Numbered from the stretch's first letter, positions 9,425 through 18,025 are shown. The stretch is 64,000 bases of DNA from a virus (IMGVR_UViG_3300021400_000049:1-64000), one strand, 5' to 3'. A program made the numbers and translations. The notes: generated from the letters alone by a model not told the origin.

Positions 9425-9561
9425 TTTACACTATAATTTAATCATGTTATAGTGTTATTACAGACAAGATATTACTTGTTCTGTTATGAAATCTTCTTTC
9501 ATATAGTGTGTGTTCGTTTACAGAAATAGCGGGAACTTTTGTTCTCGCTATTTTCTTTTTT
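9425..9561 (+). ncRNA. sRNA unit 1 (promoter, hairpins, terminator); antisense to a phage leader
   Basis: TTTACA-N17-TATAGT (9425-9453); no ORF; terminator ATAGCGGGAAC/GTTCTCGCTAT plus T tract; 9501-9511 is the exact complement of 51370-51380. Confidence 0.7.
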
Positions 9562-9563
9562 GC

Positions 9564-9783
9564 TTTACATTTAATTTTACCTATGATATATTGATTAAGT
9601 CAGCTCACACCATATGCGTAAGCAGATGGTTATAGAAAGAAGAAGAAAGACCAACGCTTCGGCATTGAGACGAAATTCTCTTTCTGAGCTGATATGAGTC
9701 AAATCATTGGTTAGCTCCTTTGTTTTTGACGAAAGATAAGTTCCTGTGTAGAGTAATCTATGCATGGAACTTTTTCTTTTTTA
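9564..9783 (+). ncRNA. sRNA unit 2: structured RNA with anti-SD loop
   Basis: TTTACA-N17-TATATT; TCAGCTCA/TGAGCTGA stem, GTAA and TTCG tetraloops; GTCAAA/TTTGAC stem presenting TCATTGGTTAGCTCCTTTG; terminator about 9738-9783. Confidence 0.7.
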
Positions 9784-9885
9784 TTGACACACATATATCA
9801 ATATGTTATAGTATGTTTAGTCTTTAAGACTTGATACACATTTCAATTCATTGGTCGCTCCTTTGATTTAGATGTGTTATAATGT
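9784..9885 (+). ncRNA. sRNA unit 3 with anti-SD loop
   Basis: TTGACA-N17-TATAGT; ACACAT/ATGTGT stem presenting TCATTGGTCGCTCCTTTG. Confidence 0.65.
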
Positions 9886-9889
9886 GAAT

Positions 9890-10000
9890 AAGTCAGTCGG
9901 TGGGGCTATACATCAACTGATGATGTTAACCTAATATCGACTGACTATGATAAGTCCTTACGAAGATGATAGCCCATCTTAGTATAGGACTTTTCTTTTT
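9890..10000 (+). ncRNA. Kissing-loop/pseudoknot RNA ending in a terminator-like hairpin
   Basis: TGTTATAAT extended -10 at 9875-9883; AGTCAGTCG/CGACTGACT stem; GGGCTAT (9903-9909) complements ATAGCCC (9969-9975). Confidence 0.55.
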
Positions 10001-10015
10001 GTAAGGAGAGATTAT

Positions 10016-10198
10016 ATGCGAGAAATTGATAAAACATTTCTTATGTTATTTAAAAACATAAGAATCGTGGAAAATGAGCAGGGTGGATATACTGCTTACT
10101 CAACAAATGGAGTAAATGCTATTCCAAATAAAGAGATTGTAGGACTTGTAAAAAAATATCAAGAACTACTTATAAATGAGTTAATTAAAGAAAATTGA
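10016..10198 (+). CDS. Hypothetical protein
   Basis: 60 aa ORF with AAGGAG RBS. Confidence 0.5.
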   Translation: MREIDKTFLMLFKNIRIVENEQGGYTAYSTNGVNAIPNKEIVGLVKKYQELLINELIKEN

Positions 10199-10202
10199 TA
10201 TA

Positions 10203-11174
10203 ATGGAGGTTAATATTATGGGGATATTTAGGGTAGAAAAATCAGAAAATTTTACAATAATGAGCAATTATCATTTTAGAGAAAAGAAAATGTCTTTAAA
10301 AGCAAAAGGTCTTTTATCTTGGATGCTCTCACTTCCAGATAACTGGGATTACTCAATAAAAGGTATGTGCAAATGTCATAAAGATGGAGAAGATGCTATA
10401 ACTTCCGCATTAAAAGAATTACAGAGTTTTGGATATCTTGAAGTAGTAAAGTTAATGCCTGGAACAATCATAGAAAACTCAGATGGTAGTACATACACAT
10501 TAAATCGTATAGATTACGACTATGTGATACATGAAAAACCTATAAATACTCAAGACACTGATTTTCAGTGTACTGAAAATCAAGCTACTGAAAATCAAGC
10601 TACTGAAAACCCCTACCAAATAAATACTAAAAAAACAAATACTAAAAAAACAAATACTAACCAAAAAAGCACCGGCTCCGGTGCTTCTTCTAAAAATCAT
10701 TCTCAGGTCTACAAGAAAAGAGAAGTTCTAAATGATGATTTACAGAGTGGAAAAGATATAGATAAACAAAAGAGTGACCAGAGAAAATCTCCAAAAGACA
10801 AATTCAAAGATGAGTGTTTAGATATTATAGATAAAGAGTATTCAGACGAGACCAAAGATTTACTTATAGAATACTTTGATTTTGTTAGTTCTGTTCCAGA
10901 AGATAAAGACAATCTATGTAAGCGTGTTAAGACTGTAAAAGCATGGAGACATAAGTTAGACAGACTAAATGAGCTTGTAAAAGATGGCTATGACCCGATA
11001 GCTATTATTCAGCAAAGTTTGGATAAGAAGCAGTATGTATTTTATCCACTACAGTCTGTACAAAAGAAATCTAAAGGAAAAGAAACGCTCAGTGATAAAC
11101 TTGTAGGTACAGATTTAGAGGATGCAAAAAGAAGATACCAAGAAGCAATAGATAATGGGGAGGAGTTTTTCTAA
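10203..11174 (+). CDS. Phage replication initiator (wHTH replisome organiser)
   Basis: FTIMSN...SLKAKGLLSWMLSLPDNW...ALKELQSFGYL; internal iteron-like repeats; followed by loader ATPase. Confidence 0.8.
   Translation: MEVNIMGIFRVEKSENFTIMSNYHFREKKMSLKAKGLLSWMLSLPDNWDYSIKGMCKCHKDGEDAITSALKELQSFGYLEVVKLMPGTIIENSDGSTYTLNRIDYDYVIHEKPINTQDTDFQCTENQATENQATENPYQINTKKTNTKKTNTNQKSTGSGASSKNHSQVYKKREVLNDDLQSGKDIDKQKSDQRKSPKDKFKDECLDIIDKEYSDETKDLLIEYFDFVSSVPEDKDNLCKRVKTVKAWRHKLDRLNELVKDGYDPIAIIQQSLDKKQYVFYPLQSVQKKSKGKETLSDKLVGTDLEDAKRRYQEAIDNGEEFF
10562..10660 (+). repeat. Iteron-like 15-bp tandem repeats (candidate origin)
   Basis: TACTGAAAATCAAGC x2.6 and AAATACTAAAAAAAC x2.6 inside the initiator gene. 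Confidence 0.6.
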
Positions 11175-11857
11175 TGAATGAGACAATGAATGAAGCAAAT
11201 TGGCATGTATGGAATAAAGCTCAACTAGATAGTTTAGATTTCACAGAAAAATTTATACTAAAGAATAGTTATCTTCCAAGATACCAATATATAGAAGATA
11301 ATTTAGTACCTGATATAGATACTACACAATTTCTAAGGCTGAGAGAAATAAGAGGTAATATGCGTAACTTTTTAAATAGCAGTACAAATAATCTCGTATT
11401 GTGTAGTGAACATCTAGGTAATGGTAAAACATCATGGGCAGTAAAATTGATGCTTACATATATAGAGTTACAAAAGGGTAAATTAGACTATGTAGATGAG
11501 AATGAGGTGAATGTAGATAATTTTGATTATTGTGTATTTTGTCAGTCAGTACCTTTTCTTGTAGAGATGAAACAGTTCGGTAACAATAAGAAAAGCTATG
11601 AAATGTATCAAAGATTATGCAAAACAAATTTAGCAGTCATTGATGATTTAGGCGCAGTACCTATGTCACAGTATGATTACAACATTATATATGCAATTCT
11701 TGAAAGAAGGCTGTTCTCAGGATTACCTACTATTATCACAACAAACTTTGTATCAAAAGATTTAGCAGAGAAGGAGTTAGGTGTAAGACTAGCAGATAGA
11801 ATATGGAATAATTCAGAAATAATAGAATTTAAAAGTAAGGGGTTTAGGGGAGTATGA
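11174..11857 (+). CDS. DnaC/IstB-like helicase loader ATPase
   Basis: HLGNGKTS Walker A, VIDDLG, PTIITTN, RLADRI. Confidence 0.85.
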   Translation: MNETMNEANWHVWNKAQLDSLDFTEKFILKNSYLPRYQYIEDNLVPDIDTTQFLRLREIRGNMRNFLNSSTNNLVLCSEHLGNGKTSWAVKLMLTYIELQKGKLDYVDENEVNVDNFDYCVFCQSVPFLVEMKQFGNNKKSYEMYQRLCKTNLAVIDDLGAVPMSQYDYNIIYAILERRLFSGLPTIITTNFVSKDLAEKELGVRLADRIWNNSEIIEFKSKGFRGV

Positions 11858-13203
11858 GTGCAATACATTTGCAAGTATTGACACGAATAGTTGATGGTAA
11901 AGACTATTCGTTTATAGAGGATAATAACCTCACAAGTGATATGTTTGATGCATACTCTGATGTGTTCGATTTTATAGTAGACCACTATAATCAATACAAA
12001 GTTATTCCTGAAGACACGACGGTTCAACAGAAGTTTCCAGACATTGAGTTTGTTGAGGTAAATGAAAGTGACGATTATTTATTAGATGAGTTACGGAGTG
12101 AGAATATCACCAGTAAACTACAAAATATATTCAGACACGCTAATGAGGTTTCAACAAAAGACGGAGCTATAGCCACATTAGAGTATCTTAAAAATGCAAT
12201 AGCTCATGTTGAGTTTGACAATAGTATAGCTTCCACAGAGATTATAAGCTCATTTAATGATAGACTTCAACATACTACAGAGGTATCATTAAACAAAGCT
12301 GATTGGTTTATACCTACAGGTTTTGATGAGCTAGATGCAGATATAAATGGTTTTCTGAGAGGTGATGAGCTTGTAGTTTTATTTGCTCGTACTAATCAAG
12401 GTAAATCATGGATTTCTGAGAAGATTGCTACATATATGGCAGAAATAGGGTTCAGAGTAGGTTACTTCTCTCCTGAGATGGGTGAACTTGATATAGGATA
12501 TAGATTTGATACTTTACATGGTCACATCTCAAACAATGCTATGAGATTGGGCAGAGAAGATGATAAGTTTAGTCTTGAATCTTATAAAGAGTATGGAGAT
12601 ACATTGAGTGCTATATCCGGTAAGTTGTTTGTTACAAGACCTAAGACATTCAATAGAAAAGTAACTGTATCAAAGTTAAGACAGTGGATAAAGTCTGATA
12701 AATTAGACGCACTCTTTATAGATGGTATTACATATCTTACTGATGAGAGATTTAAGAGAGGTGACAGTAAGACAATCTCATTGACCAATATCTCAGAAGA
12801 TTTGATGGAACTATCAGCAGAACTGAAACTTCCAATAATAGTTGTAGTGCAAGCTAACAGAGGTGGTGTAGTAGAAAAGAATAGTTTAGACACTCCAGAG
12901 CTAGAAAATATCAGAGATAGTGATGGTATAGCACAGAATGCCAGTATTGTGTATGCCATACGACAAGTGAAAACAGGTAGTGGTGAGACATTTCTTATCT
13001 TTGACAATAAGAAGATGAGAGGTGGAGAAGTAGGTAAATCCTATAAATATAAATGGGATATTAACTATGGTAAGTTTGTTACTGTGACAGATAATGAAAT
13101 ACAACTAAATCAAGATACAGAAGAAGCTCCAGTAAGAGAAAAGAAAGAACCTACTGCAGGTAAACGTGCTAGACGTAGATTAGAGGCAGAAGATGATTAT
13201 TGA
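11854..13203 (+). CDS. dnaB: Replicative DnaB-family helicase
   Basis: IPTGFDELD, ARTNQGKS, FIDGITY, VVQANR, SDGIAQNA. Confidence 0.9.
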   Translation: MSAIHLQVLTRIVDGKDYSFIEDNNLTSDMFDAYSDVFDFIVDHYNQYKVIPEDTTVQQKFPDIEFVEVNESDDYLLDELRSENITSKLQNIFRHANEVSTKDGAIATLEYLKNAIAHVEFDNSIASTEIISSFNDRLQHTTEVSLNKADWFIPTGFDELDADINGFLRGDELVVLFARTNQGKSWISEKIATYMAEIGFRVGYFSPEMGELDIGYRFDTLHGHISNNAMRLGREDDKFSLESYKEYGDTLSAISGKLFVTRPKTFNRKVTVSKLRQWIKSDKLDALFIDGITYLTDERFKRGDSKTISLTNISEDLMELSAELKLPIIVVVQANRGGVVEKNSLDTPELENIRDSDGIAQNASIVYAIRQVKTGSGETFLIFDNKKMRGGEVGKSYKYKWDINYGKFVTVTDNEIQLNQDTEEAPVREKKEPTAGKRARRRLEAEDDY

Positions 13204-14140
13204 TAATACAGAATACTTAATGGACTCAATAGATATAATCAATCTGTTAAAAGTCGATTTAGCGCAACATAACATTGATTATCTGAAAGATATAAAAGAT
13301 GGTCCAAAGAATATACAGATTACTTGTCCTTATCATGCTAATGGTCAAGAGCATAAACCATCAGCAGGTATAAGAAAGTCAGATGGAGTATTTCATTGTT
13401 TTAGTTGTTGTGAAACTCACACTCTACCCGAAGTAATATCATACTGCTTCGGGTATGATGTGAGTAGTTATGGTAAAAGATGGTTAGATACTCATATACA
13501 AGATAGAGTCTACACAAATGGCATAGCCAGATATAAAGAGAGACAGAAAGAAGTAGTAACAAATAACTTTGTATCGGAAGAAGAACTTGATAGCTATAGA
13601 TGGACACATCCATATTGGGCAGAAAGAGGTATAGTAAATGAGAGAATCATTGAATTGTTCGATTTGGGATATGATAAGAAAACTCAATGCATCACATTTC
13701 CAGTTAGAGATAGACAAGGAAACTGTGAATTTGTTGCAAAGCGTTCGGTCAATACAAAGTTCTTCCAATACCCACAAGGAGTTTCAAAGCCATTGTATGG
13801 ACTCTATGAGCTATGCTATTTGGGCTTACAAGATGAAGAAATAATTGTATGTGAGTCAATGATAGATTGTATTCTATTATGGCAATCAGACCATTATGCA
13901 GTAGCATTGAATGGTCTAGGTAATGAAAGACAATTCAAACAATTAAGAGAATTACCATGTAAAAATCTGATATTAGCTACAGATAATGATAAAGCTGGCA
14001 GAGATGCAAGACAGAGGATAAGAAGTAAAGTAACTAATAAATGGATTTCAGAAATAGCATTTCCTAAAGGAATAAAAGATATAGGGGAATGTTCTAAAGA
14101 GCAGATAGATAATATTTTAGATTGGAGGAAATGGTTATGA
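13193..14140 (+). CDS. dnaG: DNA primase (CHC2 zinc finger plus TOPRIM)
   Basis: CPYH...FHCFSC; CESMIDC; ATDNDKAG. Confidence 0.9.
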   Translation: MIIDNTEYLMDSIDIINLLKVDLAQHNIDYLKDIKDGPKNIQITCPYHANGQEHKPSAGIRKSDGVFHCFSCCETHTLPEVISYCFGYDVSSYGKRWLDTHIQDRVYTNGIARYKERQKEVVTNNFVSEEELDSYRWTHPYWAERGIVNERIIELFDLGYDKKTQCITFPVRDRQGNCEFVAKRSVNTKFFQYPQGVSKPLYGLYELCYLGLQDEEIIVCESMIDCILLWQSDHYAVALNGLGNERQFKQLRELPCKNLILATDNDKAGRDARQRIRSKVTNKWISEIAFPKGIKDIGECSKEQIDNILDWRKWL

Positions 14141-14772
14141 ATGAAGAACGATTTTTCAGCATTATAGTGCCCGCTCATAATGCAGGGAAAACATTGGACA
14201 AGTGTCTAACGTCAATCAAGAATCAAAAGTTTACCAATTATGAATTGATAGTGGTGTGTGATTCTTGTGATGATAACACGGAAGAAATCGCTAGAAAGTA
14301 CACAAACAAAGTAGCAAAAGTAAATTATCATAGTGATGGTTCAGCAAGAAATGTCGGATTAGATATTGCTAAAGGTAGATGGGTGATGTTCATGGATGCA
14401 GATGATTGGTATTTACATGAATATTGCTTTAAAATTTTAGCAGACTGCTTGGGTAAACATAATGAGGATGTACTTGTCTACTCAATAATATGGAAACATA
14501 TAGGTTATGTTACTGCGAGAAGTAAGATGGGTACATTATATCCTCATTGTACTAATAAATGCTGGAAGAGAAGTTTTATAGGTAATACAAGATTTCCAGA
14601 TAAGTATGTAGCTAATGATGCAGGATTTCACGAATTGATGATGGCAAAGAATCCTGTAATCTATGAGTATGATACACCGATATATTACTATGATTATCTG
14701 AATGGACATAGTAAGTCAGATGAGATAGGTAGAACTGTCGAGAATACAAAAAAGTATTGGAGTACACATTGA
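14137..14772 (+). CDS. Glycosyltransferase family 2
   Basis: FSIIVPAHN, ARNVGLD, FMDADD. Confidence 0.85.
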   Translation: MNEERFFSIIVPAHNAGKTLDKCLTSIKNQKFTNYELIVVCDSCDDNTEEIARKYTNKVAKVNYHSDGSARNVGLDIAKGRWVMFMDADDWYLHEYCFKILADCLGKHNEDVLVYSIIWKHIGYVTARSKMGTLYPHCTNKCWKRSFIGNTRFPDKYVANDAGFHELMMAKNPVIYEYDTPIYYYDYLNGHSKSDEIGRTVENTKKYWSTH

Positions 14773-15395
14773 TGAGATTTAGCATAATAATTCCTGCTTA
14801 CAATTCAGCTAAATATATCGTAAAGGCATTAGAAAGCGTTAAAGCCCAGTCTTTTACAGATTATGAGTTGATTGTAGTTTGTGACTCATGTAAGGATAAT
14901 ACTGCTGAGATAGCTATGAGTTACGGTGCGAAAGTTTATATTGGTAATTTTCATAATGATGGATTATCCAGAAGCAAAGGATTAGATGTAGCTCAAGGTG
15001 AGTATGTTTTATTTATGGACGATGATGATTGGTGGCTACATGAGTATGTATTAGAGCAGTTAAATGAGGAGTTAACAAGATTAAAGGATGCTGATGTACT
15101 AGCATTTTCTTTTATATTTAAAGGTATAGGCTACGCATCACCAACGAAAAATCAAGGTAAGTTATGGGTAGCTGTGTGGAATAAATGTTGGAAACGTGAG
15201 TGTATAGGTAGCACAAGATTTCCTAAAATACATTCATGCAGTGATAGATACTTCCATGATGCTATGATGGAAAAGAAATTGAAAATTTACACATGGGATA
15301 TGCCTATGTATTATTACAACTATCTTAGAGAAGGTAGTATTTCTCAGAAAGACGGGAGAAAGGTGAGTGAATTGAAAAAATGTCTAAATATCTAA
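14772..15395 (+). CDS. Glycosyltransferase family 2 (paralog of previous)
   Basis: FSIIIPAYN, SRSKGLD, FMDDDD. Confidence 0.85.
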   Translation: MRFSIIIPAYNSAKYIVKALESVKAQSFTDYELIVVCDSCKDNTAEIAMSYGAKVYIGNFHNDGLSRSKGLDVAQGEYVLFMDDDDWWLHEYVLEQLNEELTRLKDADVLAFSFIFKGIGYASPTKNQGKLWVAVWNKCWKRECIGSTRFPKIHSCSDRYFHDAMMEKKLKIYTWDMPMYYYNYLREGSISQKDGRKVSELKKCLNI

Positions 15396-16042
15396 TTCAC
15401 GCTTGCGCAAAACGAAAGTGGTATGTAGATGAATTTTTAGTACCATCCATGCTTAAACAAGGTATAGAACGAGAAAATATATTAGTCTATAATGATAGCT
15501 CTAAAGAAGGCTGCCTTAAATCGTTTTTATCATCATATGATAATATTGCATCTGTAGTTGGTGGTATATGGCATTTACAAGATGATGTAATAATAAGCTC
15601 AAACTTTAAGGAGATAACAGAGACATATGATAAAGGTATAGTATGTGGATTCTGTAGTTTTTATAGCGAAGATGTTCCTTTTGGTATAAGACCTATCAGC
15701 GATATTTGGTATTCTTTTCCATGTATACGAATACCAAATATGGTATTTAAGAATTTTGTTAATTGGGTAAAATCTCCAGAAATACAGAATAAATATAGAG
15801 TATATATTGAACAGAATAAATTTGTGGATATGCTATTTAGAATATTTATAATACAGACTTATCCTGATAAGTTGGTACATAATCTGTGCCCTAACATAGT
15901 TGATAATGTTGACTATCTGTTAGGTGGCTCAGTGATAAATTATATACGGGATAAAGAGCCTTTATCATTATATTTTAGTGAGCAAAATTTAATAGAGGAA
16001 CTTAAACATTCCATAGATAATTCAGTTTACAGACAGAAATAA
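15380..16042 (+). CDS. GT-A-fold glycosyltransferase-like protein
   Basis: IWHLQDDVII DxD-like motif; adjacent to two GT2 genes. Confidence 0.55.
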   Translation: MSKYLIHACAKRKWYVDEFLVPSMLKQGIERENILVYNDSSKEGCLKSFLSSYDNIASVVGGIWHLQDDVIISSNFKEITETYDKGIVCGFCSFYSEDVPFGIRPISDIWYSFPCIRIPNMVFKNFVNWVKSPEIQNKYRVYIEQNKFVDMLFRIFIIQTYPDKLVHNLCPNIVDNVDYLLGGSVINYIRDKEPLSLYFSEQNLIEELKHSIDNSVYRQK

Positions 16043-16102
16043 ATATGTTATAGTATGTTTGTAGTCAACAAAACACGTTTAAAACGAAAGGAAACGAAAG
16101 AC

Positions 16103-16816
16103 ATGGCAACAGAAAAGAAACCAGTAGGCGAAGTTGGAATTATTGGACAGATGTATGAAGAAAGAAAGTCCAAGAAAGTAGGTGTATTAGAGAGTAGAAA
16201 CGAGAAGTTTAAGACTTTGATGATGCGAGATAAAGACGGAAAGTCTTTTAACGTTCAGTATTCTACTTTCAGAAGTAACTGGAGAAAGTATCAGGGCGAA
16301 GAAGTTATTCAGACTTCTGAACAGAAGGAAGAAATTAAGCAGGCAGCTAAAGAGGAGCTTAAATTAGCTAAAGAGGAAATGTCAAAATCTACTGAGACCA
16401 CAATCAAATTCAGTAGACAGGAGAGAGCTGATGCAATTAAGGCTCTTAGAGTTGTGCTTAAAGATGCGATTAAAAATGCAAAGTATCCTCTTGAAATTGT
16501 AAGTCTTGCAAAGGGTGGTACAGTAGTTAAGCTCAAAGGTAAAAGACGTACAATGTTTGAGATTTGGTTACCTTTAAGATATCCGGATGTATACTCATTC
16601 AGAATGAGAGATGATATTGATAAGTACATCAATCTTACTGAGTCTAAGGAAATCCTTGAGAAAGACACAAACAATATTCGTTATAGACCTAAGCGTGAGA
16701 GGTTTAATGATGTTCTCAAGGAAGTCTTGAGTGCGGTAGAACAGTTTGTTGATGAGACAGACTTTTTACAGAAAAACGAGAAGAACGAAAAGAACGAGAA
16801 AAAGGAGAAAAACTAA
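16103..16816 (+). CDS. Hypothetical two-domain protein (possible regulator)
   Basis: Own promoter (TTTACA...TATAGT about 16027-16055); N-terminal beta domain, coiled coil, C-terminal alpha/beta domain. Confidence 0.6.
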   Translation: MATEKKPVGEVGIIGQMYEERKSKKVGVLESRNEKFKTLMMRDKDGKSFNVQYSTFRSNWRKYQGEEVIQTSEQKEEIKQAAKEELKLAKEEMSKSTETTIKFSRQERADAIKALRVVLKDAIKNAKYPLEIVSLAKGGTVVKLKGKRRTMFEIWLPLRYPDVYSFRMRDDIDKYINLTESKEILEKDTNNIRYRPKRERFNDVLKEVLSAVEQFVDETDFLQKNEKNEKNEKKEKN

Positions 16817-17523
16817 TGCCACGATTTTCTTATGAAGAAGCTGATAACTACGGAAGTCAGAATTTTGAGGGAAAGATTAATTACTTTCAGTTAAGAAAAG
16901 ACGGAGAGAAAGCGTACATTCATTTGTTAGGTAATGATATGAATGATTTTCCTGGCTATGCAGTTCATCAGATAACTGTAGGTCAGTCAAAAGCTGGCAA
17001 AGATGTACACAGATATGTAAACTGTCTTAGAGAAGCAGGTGCTCCAGTTACAGAGTGCCCGTTCTGTGCAGAGGGTAAGCATAATCCTGAGTTAAGTAAG
17101 GTGTATGCTAAGTTGTTTATTCCTGTATATAATTGTGATACTGATGAGGTGCAGATTTGGGAAAGAGGTAAGAAGTTCTTTAGGACTCTTGCAAGTTATT
17201 GTTCTCATAATCCTAATGTATCAGAGATTGTTACAGAAGTAGAAAGACAGGGTGCAGTAGGAGATACTGCTACTACATATGGATTATATCCTACAGACGA
17301 GAAAGATGATTTCAAGATGGAAAATATCTCAGAAGATATACCTGAGATTCTCGGAGATGTTGTACTTGATAAGTCTTTTGATGAGATGGATTATTATGTT
17401 AAGCATAATGAGTTTGAAGGAGATAAGTCAAATTCAGATTCAGGTGTAACAAGGAGAGATTCAGGTGAAGCTACTAGCAGAAGAACTCCTACAAGAAGAA
17501 GATCCGTAGAAGATGAATATTGA
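16816..17523 (+). CDS. Single-stranded DNA-binding protein (gp32-like)
   Basis: H...CL...CPFC zinc site, QIWERG, acidic C-terminus. Confidence 0.7.
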   Translation: MPRFSYEEADNYGSQNFEGKINYFQLRKDGEKAYIHLLGNDMNDFPGYAVHQITVGQSKAGKDVHRYVNCLREAGAPVTECPFCAEGKHNPELSKVYAKLFIPVYNCDTDEVQIWERGKKFFRTLASYCSHNPNVSEIVTEVERQGAVGDTATTYGLYPTDEKDDFKMENISEDIPEILGDVVLDKSFDEMDYYVKHNEFEGDKSNSDSGVTRRDSGEATSRRTPTRRRSVEDEY

Positions 17524-17641
17524 TTTAATGCCCGTAGAAGTTTGAGGACTGTCTATGAAAGCTCGTAAATAATGAGAAAGGCATACCCCCAAGTCAACTG
17601 CATTTTAGCCAATGCAGTCTCTTTCACAACAAAAGTCGGGT

Positions 17642-17735
17642 AGCACAGTAACTCAGTTGGCTAGAGGAAGTTATGAGTCTTTTGGTAAGCGTTTCAACTC
17701 ATAGTGTGTCATGGGTTCGAGTCCCATCTGTGCTA
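17642..17735 (+). tRNA. Atypical tRNA-like RNA with enlarged anticodon arm (Lys-UUU-like reading possible)
   Basis: Acceptor AGCACAG/CTGTGCT, D arm ACTCAGTTGGCTAGAG, T arm ATGGG-TTCGAGT-CCCAT; 94 nt; no encoded CCA. Confidence 0.6.
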
Positions 17736-18025
17736 TTAGTTGTTCATGGTCAGAGCAACTAATCTAGTAGTATTATTTTTCATGGTATGATTAACGCTAC
17801 AAACAACTTATTTATGTCTACTTTGCTCTATTACATATCAGATAGAGCGGTAACCGTAAACTACATCTTGTGGTTAAGATGTTTTTGGATACACAAATGC
17901 AAAACACATTGGTCTAAATCGTTTTGTTGTTCAAGTACAACTCCTGACATAAATTGATTAGCTAAGTTGTAGGTGTCGAACTAAACCGCGACATGGTTTA
18001 TAAGCTAATACTAAAGGAGAATATT

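Noticed and set aside
9690-9870. Minus-strand minigenes ATG-ATT-TGA and ATG-AAT-TGA with SD (lambda bar-like)
   Set aside because: No minus-strand promoter recognised, while + strand promoters and terminators bracket the units; kept only as an alternative to the sRNA model
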